This document shows, piece by piece, positions 17,516 through 26,307 of a DNA stretch of 32,423 bases (its first letter is position 1; each line of letters opens with the position of its first letter). The position numbers were made by a program, and so were the translations under genes. Below the pieces are notes generated by a model, which ran no database searches, was not told the DNA's origin, and saw nothing but the letters and a program-made list of their open reading frames with translations. Source of the DNA: Lentisphaerota bacterium (GTDB lineage: Bacteria; Verrucomicrobiota; Kiritimatiellia; UBA8416; JAFGTH01). The stretch is from positions 1 to 32,423 of the forward strand of contig JAFGTH010000113.1 of the NCBI GenBank assembly GCA_016934225.1, in the 5' to 3' direction.

Positions 17516-18496
17516 GTGGATTTGTCCATTGTGGTTCCGGTGTACAATGAGGTGGAAAACGTTGAGATCTTGTGCGACAGAATTCACGAGTCTCTATCAG
17601 TTATCGGTCGTTCGTATGAGGTGCTTCTCGTTGATGACGGCAGCAGCGACGGCACATGGGATAAACTGGTTGCCCTCTCTAAGAAGTATCCCAATCTTCA
17701 CCTGATACATTTTCGCGGCAACTTCGGCCAGACCGCAGCCATGAGCGCGGGTATTAGGGAATCGAATGGTGATATCATTGTAACAATGGACGCGGATCTT
17801 CAGAACGATCCGTCCGATATACCGCTGTTACTCGAGTGTATAAACCGTGGCGCTGATGTTGCGAGCGGATGGCGCAAGGACAGAAAGGACAAGTTCCTGT
17901 CTCGCCGGCTTCCATCAATAATTGCGAATAAGTTAATCAGCAAAATCACGGGCATTACGCTCCACGATTACGGATGCACGTTAAAGGCGTACCGAAGGGA
18001 AGTAATCAAGGATGTGCACCTGTATGGCGAGATGCATCGCTTTATTCCAGCTCTGGCGAGCTGGGTCGGCGCCACAGTAGACGAAGTCATAGTGAAACAT
18101 TACCCGCGAATAGCCGGTGAGTCGAAATACGGCATTTCCAGAACATTGCGGGTTGTTCTAGATCTGTTAACGGTCAAATTTCTCCTTCGCTATAGTCGTG
18201 GACCGATACAAATCTTCGGCAAAATCGGCATGATATTTGGTTTCCCTGGCTTGTTGCTGCTGTTGGGAATGATTTTAGCGCACTTGTCGCATCTGTTGCT
18301 CGGTACGGAGTTTGCGGCCGGTCTTGTCAAGCGACCATTCTGGATAATGAGTTCGTTCATGTTGATATTTTTCGGGGTTCAGTTTGTATGCATGGGCTTG
18401 CTTGCCGAAATTCAAATCCGAACCTGGTATGAATCCCAGGACAAAGCAACCTATGTCATAAAAGAAACCGTGAAGTCATCCCGTGCAAGCAATTAA
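17516..18496 (+). CDS. Polyprenyl-phosphate glycosyltransferase (GT2; GtrB/ArnC/DPM1-like) with two C-terminal TM helices
   Basis: LSIVVPVYNEVENVEIL, YEVLLVDDGSSDGT, NFGQTAAMSAGI, TMDADLQNDP. Two C-terminal hydrophobic helices are present. I prefer the GTG at 17516, which lies 9 nt after AGGAGG (17501-17506). The ORF-track TTG at 17459 has no Shine-Dalgarno sequence. Confidence 0.8.
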   Translation: MDLSIVVPVYNEVENVEILCDRIHESLSVIGRSYEVLLVDDGSSDGTWDKLVALSKKYPNLHLIHFRGNFGQTAAMSAGIRESNGDIIVTMDADLQNDPSDIPLLLECINRGADVASGWRKDRKDKFLSRRLPSIIANKLISKITGITLHDYGCTLKAYRREVIKDVHLYGEMHRFIPALASWVGATVDEVIVKHYPRIAGESKYGISRTLRVVLDLLTVKFLLRYSRGPIQIFGKIGMIFGFPGLLLLLGMILAHLSHLLLGTEFAAGLVKRPFWIMSSFMLIFFGVQFVCMGLLAEIQIRTWYESQDKATYVIKETVKSSRASN

Positions 18497-20838
18497 TGAA
18501 GAATACGGTTCGAATCGCCAACCTGTTAGAGGATAAAAAGCCGGTTCACATGGTGGGGATTTCAGGGATCGGTATGGCAGGCCTTGCTCTCTTGCTCAAA
18601 CAGGCCGGTGTGTCGGTCGGTGGTTGCGATGTTTCCCCGGGCAGCGCAGCGGAATGGTTGCGCGATAACGGCATTAATGTTGAATCCGGTCATAGTGCAG
18701 ATCACATTGACCGGTCCGTCAAGTGGATCATATGCAGCGCGGCAGTTCCGCGCAGCCTTCCAGAGCTTGTCGCGGCGCGCGACGCAGGCCTTCCTATAGT
18801 AAACAGAGGCGAAGTTCTCCCATGTCTGCTGGCGGGCCGCAAGTCTATTGCAGTCGCCGGAACGCACGGCAAGACAACAACATCAACATTCATAGCGCAA
18901 TTGCTGCATTTTGCAGGCAGACCATTATCATGGTGTATCGGCGGTAAAAGCGATATTCTTAACGGTCCGTCCGGAAGATTCGGCTTGGCGGCAAACGACA
19001 CAATTGTGGTTGAAGCCGATGAAAGCGATGGGACCCTTGCACTGTATCATCCCGATATTTCCGTTGTGACGAATGTCGAGTTTGACCATATGGAACATTT
19101 CGCAAATTCCAATGCGTTCGAGGAATGTTTTCGATTGTTCATTCAAAATACCAAGGGGATTGTAATAGTGTGCAAGAACGACCAGAGGCTCACCGATATT
19201 CTGGCCTCCATCCGCGACAAGAATATAGTGTCGTATGGCATTGATGCGGACGCCGACATAACGGGAAGCGATATACTTGTTGCGAACGACGGATCAACAG
19301 AATTCACAGTACTCCGGCGTGGGCAGCAGCTCGGTCGTTTACGGCTTAACATGCGCGGCGAACACAATGTGATGAATGCGCTTGCTGCAATTGCAGTGGC
19401 GTTTGAGTGTGGCGTGAGTTTTAGGGAAGTGGAAAAGGGTGTCAGCTCGCTTTGCCTGCCGCATCGGCGTTTTGAAAAAATTCCAATGGCGAACAATGTC
19501 ATGGTGATATCCGACTACGGACATCATCCTACCGAAATTCGAGCTTTGATCAAAACGGCTGCAAGTTTTGATCATAAAAAGCTGCGAGTGATTTTTCAGC
19601 CGCATAGATATACACGAACACTCGCTTTACGTGCGGATTTTCCGCCCGTTTTCGCGGAAACGGACGAATTGATCCTCGTGCCGGTGTTTTCGGCGTCGGA
19701 ATCGCCGGTACATGGCGGAACAACATGGGACTTGTATCAACAATTCCGGACATTCGGCGCCGGAATGGAGTATGCCGCCCCGCGAGTCAGAAGCGCCTCT
19801 TCGGTGAAAGAGGCTTGGACAAAAGTTTGTCGCGAGATGGGAAACGGCGACATTGTGCTCATTGTGGGCGCCGGCGATGTGGAACAGGCTGCGCAGTGGG
19901 CAAAAGAAGGGCAGGTTTTCGCGAACCAATTTTCCGGTGATCTTGAAAACAGGCTGCACGACGGATCCTTGGTCCGGTATGCCGAATCAATGGCTTCAAA
20001 AACAACCCTGGGGGTCGGAGGAATTGCGGATGTATGGGTGGATGCTCAATCCGAATCAGATATTCGCGCTGTGTTGGCTTGGTCCGCCGAGAACAAGATG
20101 ACAACGGCAATTGTGGGGGCGGGAAGCAATTTGTTGATTGACGACATGGGTTTTCACGGCGTGGCAATCAGACTTTCCGGAGAAGCGTTTTCCGATGTGA
20201 AAGAAAATGACGGCATTGTTACTGTGGGCAGCGGCGTTTCAATATCCGCTCTTTTGAAGTGGTGCGAACACCACGGATGGTCGGGTCTGGAGTTTATGGA
20301 GGGGATTCCAGGCACCGTAGGCGGCGCTCTGGTCATGAACGCAGGTGCGCAAGGATGCGCGATTACCGAAGTTGTTTCCTGGATTCGTTGTTTGAACAGC
20401 AGCGGCTCCGAGTGTATGCTTGATCGAGATGATGTTGGTGGACAATACCGCGAGTCGGTCGGACTTGCCGGTATGATTGTTTTGGAAGCCGGTTTTTGCC
20501 TCGAAAAAGAAGATTGCACGGAAATCCATAATCGGCGAGAAGAATTTAATGCTCGCAGACAATGGATGAAAGGGTTGCGAAGCGCCGGTTCGGTATTCAA
20601 AAATCCCGGCGGCGCGGAGGGGCGCGGAGAAAACAACGCCGGCTGGCTCATAGAGAATACGGGTTTGAAAGGACTGCGTGTCGGCGGCGCATCGGTATCA
20701 ACGAAGCATGCAAACATTATTGTGACGGAACGCACGGCAAACGCTTCAGATGTTCGGGCGCTTGTTGAGATTATCCGCGCGGAAGTAATGTTGAAATTTG
20801 ACGTTAAACTCGATATGGAAATCAGAATATTAGGATAA
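18496..20838 (+). CDS. murC/murB: Bifunctional UDP-N-acetylmuramate--L-alanine ligase (MurC) / UDP-N-acetylenolpyruvoylglucosamine reductase (MurB) fusion
   Basis: A single 780-aa ORF. The MurC part (aa 1 to ~470) has HMVGISGIGMAGLALLL, GTHGKTTT, EADESDG and DYGHHPTE. The MurB part (aa ~485-780, from about nt 19950) has KTTLGVGGIADVWV, GAGSNLL, GSVFKNP, AGWLIENTGLKG and GGASVSTKHANIIV. The ATG overlaps the upstream stop (TAATG). Confidence 0.9.
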   Translation: MKNTVRIANLLEDKKPVHMVGISGIGMAGLALLLKQAGVSVGGCDVSPGSAAEWLRDNGINVESGHSADHIDRSVKWIICSAAVPRSLPELVAARDAGLPIVNRGEVLPCLLAGRKSIAVAGTHGKTTTSTFIAQLLHFAGRPLSWCIGGKSDILNGPSGRFGLAANDTIVVEADESDGTLALYHPDISVVTNVEFDHMEHFANSNAFEECFRLFIQNTKGIVIVCKNDQRLTDILASIRDKNIVSYGIDADADITGSDILVANDGSTEFTVLRRGQQLGRLRLNMRGEHNVMNALAAIAVAFECGVSFREVEKGVSSLCLPHRRFEKIPMANNVMVISDYGHHPTEIRALIKTAASFDHKKLRVIFQPHRYTRTLALRADFPPVFAETDELILVPVFSASESPVHGGTTWDLYQQFRTFGAGMEYAAPRVRSASSVKEAWTKVCREMGNGDIVLIVGAGDVEQAAQWAKEGQVFANQFSGDLENRLHDGSLVRYAESMASKTTLGVGGIADVWVDAQSESDIRAVLAWSAENKMTTAIVGAGSNLLIDDMGFHGVAIRLSGEAFSDVKENDGIVTVGSGVSISALLKWCEHHGWSGLEFMEGIPGTVGGALVMNAGAQGCAITEVVSWIRCLNSSGSECMLDRDDVGGQYRESVGLAGMIVLEAGFCLEKEDCTEIHNRREEFNARRQWMKGLRSAGSVFKNPGGAEGRGENNAGWLIENTGLKGLRVGGASVSTKHANIIVTERTANASDVRALVEIIRAEVMLKFDVKLDMEIRILG

Positions 20839-20857
20839 GTTGTCGGGATCGGTAGAG

Positions 20858-21757
20858 ATGGCGGAAATAAACAAATTCAAAAAAGTGGCAGTGCTGATGG
20901 GCGGACCGTCGGACGAGCGGGAAGTGTCGTTAAGATCAGGCCGCGCGGTTGTCTCAGGACTTATTAACGCCGGATACGAAGCTTTGGCGATTGATGTTAC
21001 CGGAGATGACATTGTCATAGGAAATGATATAGAAGCGGTCTTTATAGCGTTGCATGGTCGGTTTGGAGAAGACGGAGGAGTTCAGGCTGTTTTGGATGAG
21101 CGTGGCGTGCCTTACACCGGTTCCGGTGCGGAAGCCAGTTGCGCTGCATTCGACAAGGAAATCAGTAAAAAGATTTTCGCAGAGAACCGCATTATGTCTC
21201 CGAAATATGAAATTTTAAGTTGCCATGATCAAAGGACCCTGCCTTTGCCAGTTGTTTGCAAGCCGACATGCCAAGGCTCTAGCATCGGCGTGCACAGAGT
21301 CTTTAAAGAATCGGATTGGCAACCTGCTGTTACTGACACGCTGAAATTTGGCCGGAAGGCGTTAGTTGAAAAATACGTGGAAGGGCGTGAATTGACCGTT
21401 GGAATTGTGGGCGGAGAGCCGTTGCCCTTGGTTGAGATTGTTGCGCCCAACAACTGGTATGGCTACGAGGCGAAGTATACGAAAGGAGAGAGCAAGTATT
21501 TTGTTCCCGCCCAAGTCAGCGAGAGCATATCCGATGCGTGCAAGTCTGTTGCAATGGATGTTTTTCACGCGTTGAAATGCCGTGGATTCGGGCGCGTTGA
21601 TATCAGGTTGGCGGAGAACGGAGATCTTTATGTTCTTGAGATGAATTCCATACCAGGGTTCACAGAAACAAGCCTGTTGCCGAAAGCTGCAGCGGAAGCG
21701 GGTATGACTTTCCCTGCGCTTTGTGATCGCATAATGAGAACAGCTCAAGTAGGATAG
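20858..21757 (+). CDS. ddl: D-alanine--D-alanine ligase
   Basis: KVAVLMGGPSDEREVSLRSG, ALHGRFGEDGGVQAVLD, the ATP-grasp core, and EMNSIPGFTETSL. I prefer the ATG at 20858; an in-frame TTG at 20840 is also possible. Confidence 0.9.
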   Translation: MAEINKFKKVAVLMGGPSDEREVSLRSGRAVVSGLINAGYEALAIDVTGDDIVIGNDIEAVFIALHGRFGEDGGVQAVLDERGVPYTGSGAEASCAAFDKEISKKIFAENRIMSPKYEILSCHDQRTLPLPVVCKPTCQGSSIGVHRVFKESDWQPAVTDTLKFGRKALVEKYVEGRELTVGIVGGEPLPLVEIVAPNNWYGYEAKYTKGESKYFVPAQVSESISDACKSVAMDVFHALKCRGFGRVDIRLAENGDLYVLEMNSIPGFTETSLLPKAAAEAGMTFPALCDRIMRTAQVG

Positions 21758-21765
21758 TAAAACTT

Positions 21766-22653
21766 ATGCTATTTGATGATGAAGAAATAACCGGCAGACG
21801 GTTTGGCGGCAGCAAACATAAGCAGCGCAAACCAATATTGAATGTTATCGCCAGGGCGCGAACACAGAGAGGTACTGTGTCGCATCGCCTGGCTGTTCTC
21901 ATATTGATTCCAATAGTAGCTGTTTTTGCTGTTGTTCTGTTATGGTATGGAATTAGTCTTGCCGGGAGAATGCTTTTCTCACAGAACGATAGGTTTGTTA
22001 TCAAACATCTGGAAATCAAGGTTGATGAAAGTGCGGTCATATCGCGCAGCCTGATTAAGGAATACACGCAGATACATAAGGAAATGAACATCTTTGAAAT
22101 GAATATTTCAAAGATACGCGCGGATTTCCTCAATAATGCTCCGAGCGTTAAATCAATGAGCATAACTCGATACCTTCCGAATACGCTGCAGATAGAAGTT
22201 ATAGAACGTTTTCCATTGGCGTGTATCGTTCAGCGAAAACAGCGTGATGTTGCGGTGGACGGTCATGGATGTGTCTTTGCGGCCAAGGATTCGGCAGGAA
22301 AATTGCCGCTAATAAAGAAATATGAGGGCGCGGTATTGGCGCCTGGAGATAGAGTGGAAGGCATGATGTTGGCCGCCGTCCAGTTGCTTGAAGCTTGCGA
22401 AAATCCTCTTCTTGGACTGAAGATCGAGGAAATTGATGTTGGAAACAGGGAATATCTTGTGCTCCGTACTCCGTTTGAGGGGAAAACTCGGCAGGTCAAA
22501 TTCAACTGGGACGGAATGGGGTTGCGCACGGCTGCGGCTAAAAACACCTTGTTGCGAAAATTGAGTCGGCTCGTTGTAACGCTGCAATCGGATCAAGGCA
22601 GACGAATTTCGTTCATAGACTCAACTTTTGACGATAGAATATACGGTCATTAG
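21766..22653 (+). CDS. ftsQ: Cell division protein FtsQ/DivIB
   Basis: Basic cytoplasmic N-terminus, a single TM (LAVLILIPIVAVFAVVLLWYGI), then a POTRA-like region (FVIKHLEIKV...LPNTLQIEVIERFPLACI). The position between ddl and ftsA supports the call. Confidence 0.8.
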   Translation: MLFDDEEITGRRFGGSKHKQRKPILNVIARARTQRGTVSHRLAVLILIPIVAVFAVVLLWYGISLAGRMLFSQNDRFVIKHLEIKVDESAVISRSLIKEYTQIHKEMNIFEMNISKIRADFLNNAPSVKSMSITRYLPNTLQIEVIERFPLACIVQRKQRDVAVDGHGCVFAAKDSAGKLPLIKKYEGAVLAPGDRVEGMMLAAVQLLEACENPLLGLKIEEIDVGNREYLVLRTPFEGKTRQVKFNWDGMGLRTAAAKNTLLRKLSRLVVTLQSDQGRRISFIDSTFDDRIYGH

Positions 22654-22669
22654 GATTCTATTTCGACTT

Positions 22670-23875
22670 ATGGCAATTCCACCAATTGTAGCTTTAGAGT
22701 TAGGCACATCGAAGATAATAGCTCTCGTAGGTGAAATGCGTGAAGACGGTCACGTCATGATAACCGGCATGGGAGAGCATCCGTCCAGCGGGATTCGCAA
22801 AGGAGAGGTAATAGACCTGGAAAATGTGGCTATATGCGCGCGAGCCGTGCTTCAAGCGGCGGAAGAAAGCGGCAAAGTTGCAATCAGGGGCGTTCATCTC
22901 GCGATTTCCGGCGGTCATATCCAAAATGTTATTAATAGTGGAGTGGTTCCGGTCTTTGGTTCTAACGGCGAGATTACGGAAGAAGATGTGGAACAGGTAA
23001 TGGATGTCGCCAAAGCCTTTCATCTTGCTCCGGATCGAGACATATTACATACAATTTGTCAGGATTTTTGTATAGACGACGAACAGCGAGTTATCAGACC
23101 GGAAGGAATGATTGGCGCGAAATTGTCGTTGAACATGCTGATGATCCATGGCATACGCGGACGAATTCACAATTCGATCAAAGCGGTTCAAGAGGTGCCT
23201 ATGGCGGTGCAGGACGTTGCATTCAGCGGCCTGTGTTCGGCGTTGTCGGTTCTGACCGCTGAACAGAAAAAAAGCGGTGTCATAGTGATTGATTTGGGTG
23301 GCGGAACTACGGATTACCTGGTATATGCCAACGGCATTGTCGCAACTGCAGGAGCTTTCGGGGTGGGCGGCGAACATGTCACAAACGATATAGCCTTGGC
23401 ATTCAACATACCCATGACCAGAGCAGAACACCTCAAACGCGAGTCCGGTAACGCCGGAATAAATGTTGCAGGAACACCGCAGCGAGTGTCTTTGCCTCCG
23501 GAAGTCGGATTTCCCGGTAAAACGATCAGCTTAAAATCCCTGCATACCGTTATAAACGCTAGAATGGAGGAGATTCTCGATACGATATACAGGCGGATTG
23601 GCGAGACCGTTCTTCATCATGTAGGAGCAGGTGTTGTGCTTAGCGGCGGCGGCGCGCATCTCAACGGAGTGACGGAATTGACTGAAAAAATATTCGGACT
23701 GCCCTGTATAATCGGTTGGCCCAGAAATATGAGCGGATTGACTACAATCACCAGTGGACCAGAGTATGCCACATGCAGCGGCCTTATTCAATATGGCTTT
23801 ATGACATCGGCGAAACAGGAGCGCAAACCTTCTTTCAGTAATTGGCTTAAAGGCGTTTTAGGAAAACAGCCGTAA
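22670..23875 (+). CDS. ftsA: Cell division protein FtsA (actin-like ATPase)
   Basis: VALELGTSKIIALVGE (phosphate 1), VIDLGGGTTDY (phosphate 2), VVLSGGGAHLNGV (adenosine motif). I prefer the ATG at 22670. The track start at 22628 would overlap ftsQ. Confidence 0.9.
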   Translation: MAIPPIVALELGTSKIIALVGEMREDGHVMITGMGEHPSSGIRKGEVIDLENVAICARAVLQAAEESGKVAIRGVHLAISGGHIQNVINSGVVPVFGSNGEITEEDVEQVMDVAKAFHLAPDRDILHTICQDFCIDDEQRVIRPEGMIGAKLSLNMLMIHGIRGRIHNSIKAVQEVPMAVQDVAFSGLCSALSVLTAEQKKSGVIVIDLGGGTTDYLVYANGIVATAGAFGVGGEHVTNDIALAFNIPMTRAEHLKRESGNAGINVAGTPQRVSLPPEVGFPGKTISLKSLHTVINARMEEILDTIYRRIGETVLHHVGAGVVLSGGGAHLNGVTELTEKIFGLPCIIGWPRNMSGLTTITSGPEYATCSGLIQYGFMTSAKQERKPSFSNWLKGVLGKQP

Positions 23876-23891
23876 TTGGCGCAAATAGATC

Positions 23892-25052
23892 ATGAATGAA
23901 CGGATATGCATAGTCGGATTGGGCGGCGGCGGCGGCAAGATTATAGACAGCGTTGTATCCTCGGCGCACGGCGGACTTGGAACTGTGGCGATCAACACGG
24001 ATGCAGCCGCTCTGGCCGATTCGACCGCCGGCACAAAATTACAGATTGGCTCTGATCTCACCGACGGATTTGGCGCAGGCGGCGATATGACAATAGGCAA
24101 ACAGGCGGCCGAGGGCGATCTGGAAATATTGCGCACTCTTTTCGACGACGTAAAGCTTGTGTTTCTTGTTGCGGGCCTCGGAGGCGGAACCGGGACGGGA
24201 GCCGCTCCGGTTGTTCTAAAAGCAGCACACGAAGCCGGAGCAATGACAATTTGTTTTGCCACTCTTCCGTTCAAATTCGAAGGTGAACGGCGCAAAGAAT
24301 TGGCCGAAAAAGCTGTCACGGATTTACGAGGCACAACGGATGCATTAGTGCTGATCCCAAATGACCGATTGTTCGAATTTGTTGGTGATATGAGCATGGC
24401 TGAGACTTTTGATCGCGCCGGGCAGATATTGGGAGATGGAATTTGTGCGATATGGAAACTTATCAGGCAGCCAGGTTTCATAAACCTTGATTTTGCAGAC
24501 TTGCGCAAAGCAATTCAGCATGGAGGCGGCCGTTGCGGTTTCGGGTATGGCAGCAGCTCAGGTGACGGAAAGGCGCGGAAAGCCGTCAAAATTCTGTTGG
24601 AAAGTCCGTTGCTTGCGCAGGGCGAAGATCTGGCGCGTTCGCGCGCTGTCATTGTCAGTATAGTGGGAGGCCCTGATCTGGCGCTCAAAGAAATCAGCGA
24701 TATTATGGAAGCAATTACCGGAAAAGTGAAACATGATTGCCACATATCCATGGGAACGGTCTTGGACGATAATTGGAACGGCAGGATTACAGTGGTAGCA
24801 ATTGCTTCTGAGCAATGGACAATTTTGCCGGATGATGATCAGAAATCGTCATTATCAAAACAAGGCAGCGCCACAAATAGAGGATTTCGAGGGTCGGTTG
24901 CGGGGAAAACCGTTCAACAGCCAATGCAAACTAAATTAAGTTTGGAAACTGCCGGCCGTGGTCGTTTTAAGAACGTAGAGCCTACAATTCTTGACGGCGA
25001 GGATCTCGACGTGCCCACATTTATTCGCCAAGGTATCATTATCGAGAAATAA
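23892..25052 (+). CDS. ftsZ: Cell division GTPase FtsZ (divergent)
   Basis: N-terminal ICIVGLGGGGGKIID. Tubulin signature GLGGGTGTGAAPVV. T7 loop INLDFADL. C-terminal anchoring peptide DLDVPTFIRQG. 386 aa. Confidence 0.9.
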   Translation: MNERICIVGLGGGGGKIIDSVVSSAHGGLGTVAINTDAAALADSTAGTKLQIGSDLTDGFGAGGDMTIGKQAAEGDLEILRTLFDDVKLVFLVAGLGGGTGTGAAPVVLKAAHEAGAMTICFATLPFKFEGERRKELAEKAVTDLRGTTDALVLIPNDRLFEFVGDMSMAETFDRAGQILGDGICAIWKLIRQPGFINLDFADLRKAIQHGGGRCGFGYGSSSGDGKARKAVKILLESPLLAQGEDLARSRAVIVSIVGGPDLALKEISDIMEAITGKVKHDCHISMGTVLDDNWNGRITVVAIASEQWTILPDDDQKSSLSKQGSATNRGFRGSVAGKTVQQPMQTKLSLETAGRGRFKNVEPTILDGEDLDVPTFIRQGIIIEK

Positions 25053-26307
25053 AGGGCACTACATATTGCGCCTGAGGTATTACATAATACGTTGGTTTTA
25101 CGCAATTATTCAATGAGATCTCGGCCAAAGCCATGTCGGCTGCAGTTTCCATGTCGGGCGCCGTTTGCAGGCCAAGATCTTTCTTATCCTGTTCTTTCAT
25201 TTCGGTAACAATAATGGTCTGTGCGCCGCGAATTTTTGTCGAAAGAGCGGTTTGACCGAGTATTTCGAAAGACTGACGAAGTTCACGGTAAATTTGATCC
25301 AGTGTTTTTTGCTTTACCCAGTAACGTAATCGCTCACTGCCAATGCCTTCGCGACATGGAGCGTACAAAAGAATTCGCCCCGAGTTCTTGACGGCACGAT
25401 GTGCGTTGTAAAGCGCCTTGTGACTTTGCACCCAGTCTCCTGCCGATGCGGCCGATGCAAGCACGATGTCCGCTTGTTCGCGTATGTCGCATCGTTCCAC
25501 TTGCGCTGCCATCTTGCATGCTTCCCGATGCGCTGCATTGAGTTCGCCGAAAAACACACCGACCAGATTGCCGTCGGGCGCAAGTACGGTGTTGACGATA
25601 AAATCGGGTTCATGCATGTAGGCGCATTCAAGCATTTCCTCCGATACCGGATTGCCGTCCAAACGACCCAGGGTGGCGGCCGGGTGAATGCGATCAGCAT
25701 GCGGATCAATGCTCAATGAATGATTGTGCGCAATTGTGTCTCTGTCGGCCAGTCCGGGCACAAGCGATTTGCGTCCGCCGCCAAAGCCGGCATGATAGTG
25801 ATAGGTTACCGTTCCAAGAAGTATCAGATGATCCGCCTCCACGGCTCGTCTGTTGATATATACGTCATGTCCGCGTTTTGTCTTGCCTACACACGTCAAA
25901 TTGGCTTTGTCGTCCGGATCATGCCGGAAAATCCTGTTCCCGAAACGCACAACAATATCTTGGCCGAGAATTAAGGCTGTCTCTTTGTCGTCAGGATGAC
26001 GATGCACTCCGGAGGCAATCAAGAAAAACACATCGCGCTCGGATATGCCCGCAGAATATATTTTCTCCAACAACGGGGGCAGAATCAGATGAGATGCGGT
26101 TTTCCTGGTATGATCCGAAACCACAATACAGACAGAATTACCTGAGACCATGGAACCGATTAAAGGTTTCTTTTGGCCGACAGCCCAAATGGGTTTCTCA
26201 AAGGATGCACAAATATCTTTTCGGGTGAGCGTTTGAAGGTTCGTATTTGCCTGTAAAGTCCCCAGACAAACAGCAGAGCTGCGAAGCACAGCCGGAACTT
26301 GCATCAT
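25039..26307 (-). CDS. LarA-family (DUF2088) nickel-pincer-cofactor-dependent racemase/epimerase-like protein
   Basis: LarA hallmark blocks are present: VVSDHTRKT, LIASGVHRHPDD, TYHYHAGFGGGRKSLVPGL and TIAHNHS. These include candidate equivalents of the catalytic His residues, the cofactor-tethering Lys and the Ni-binding His. The start overlaps the MoxR stop as ATGA (26304-26307). The 3' end overlaps ftsZ convergently by 14 nt. Confidence 0.75.
   Translation of the reverse strand: MMQVPAVLRSSAVCLGTLQANTNLQTLTRKDICASFEKPIWAVGQKKPLIGSMVSGNSVCIVVSDHTRKTASHLILPPLLEKIYSAGISERDVFFLIASGVHRHPDDKETALILGQDIVVRFGNRIFRHDPDDKANLTCVGKTKRGHDVYINRRAVEADHLILLGTVTYHYHAGFGGGRKSLVPGLADRDTIAHNHSLSIDPHADRIHPAATLGRLDGNPVSEEMLECAYMHEPDFIVNTVLAPDGNLVGVFFGELNAAHREACKMAAQVERCDIREQADIVLASAASAGDWVQSHKALYNAHRAVKNSGRILLYAPCREGIGSERLRYWVKQKTLDQIYRELRQSFEILGQTALSTKIRGAQTIIVTEMKEQDKKDLGLQTAPDMETAADMALAEISLNNCVKPTYYVIPQAQYVVPFISR

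Noticed and set aside
20154-20735. 193-aa ORF antisense to the MurB half of murC/murB
   Set aside because: It is fully embedded opposite a strongly supported coding frame. The translation is P/S/R-rich and low-complexity. It is most likely a frame artefact.
23858-24508. 216-aa ORF antisense to ftsZ
   Set aside because: It lies entirely within a well-supported ftsZ reading frame. Its P/A/S/R-rich low-complexity translation is what the complement of Gly/Ala-rich codons produces. It has no Shine-Dalgarno sequence and no recognisable motifs.
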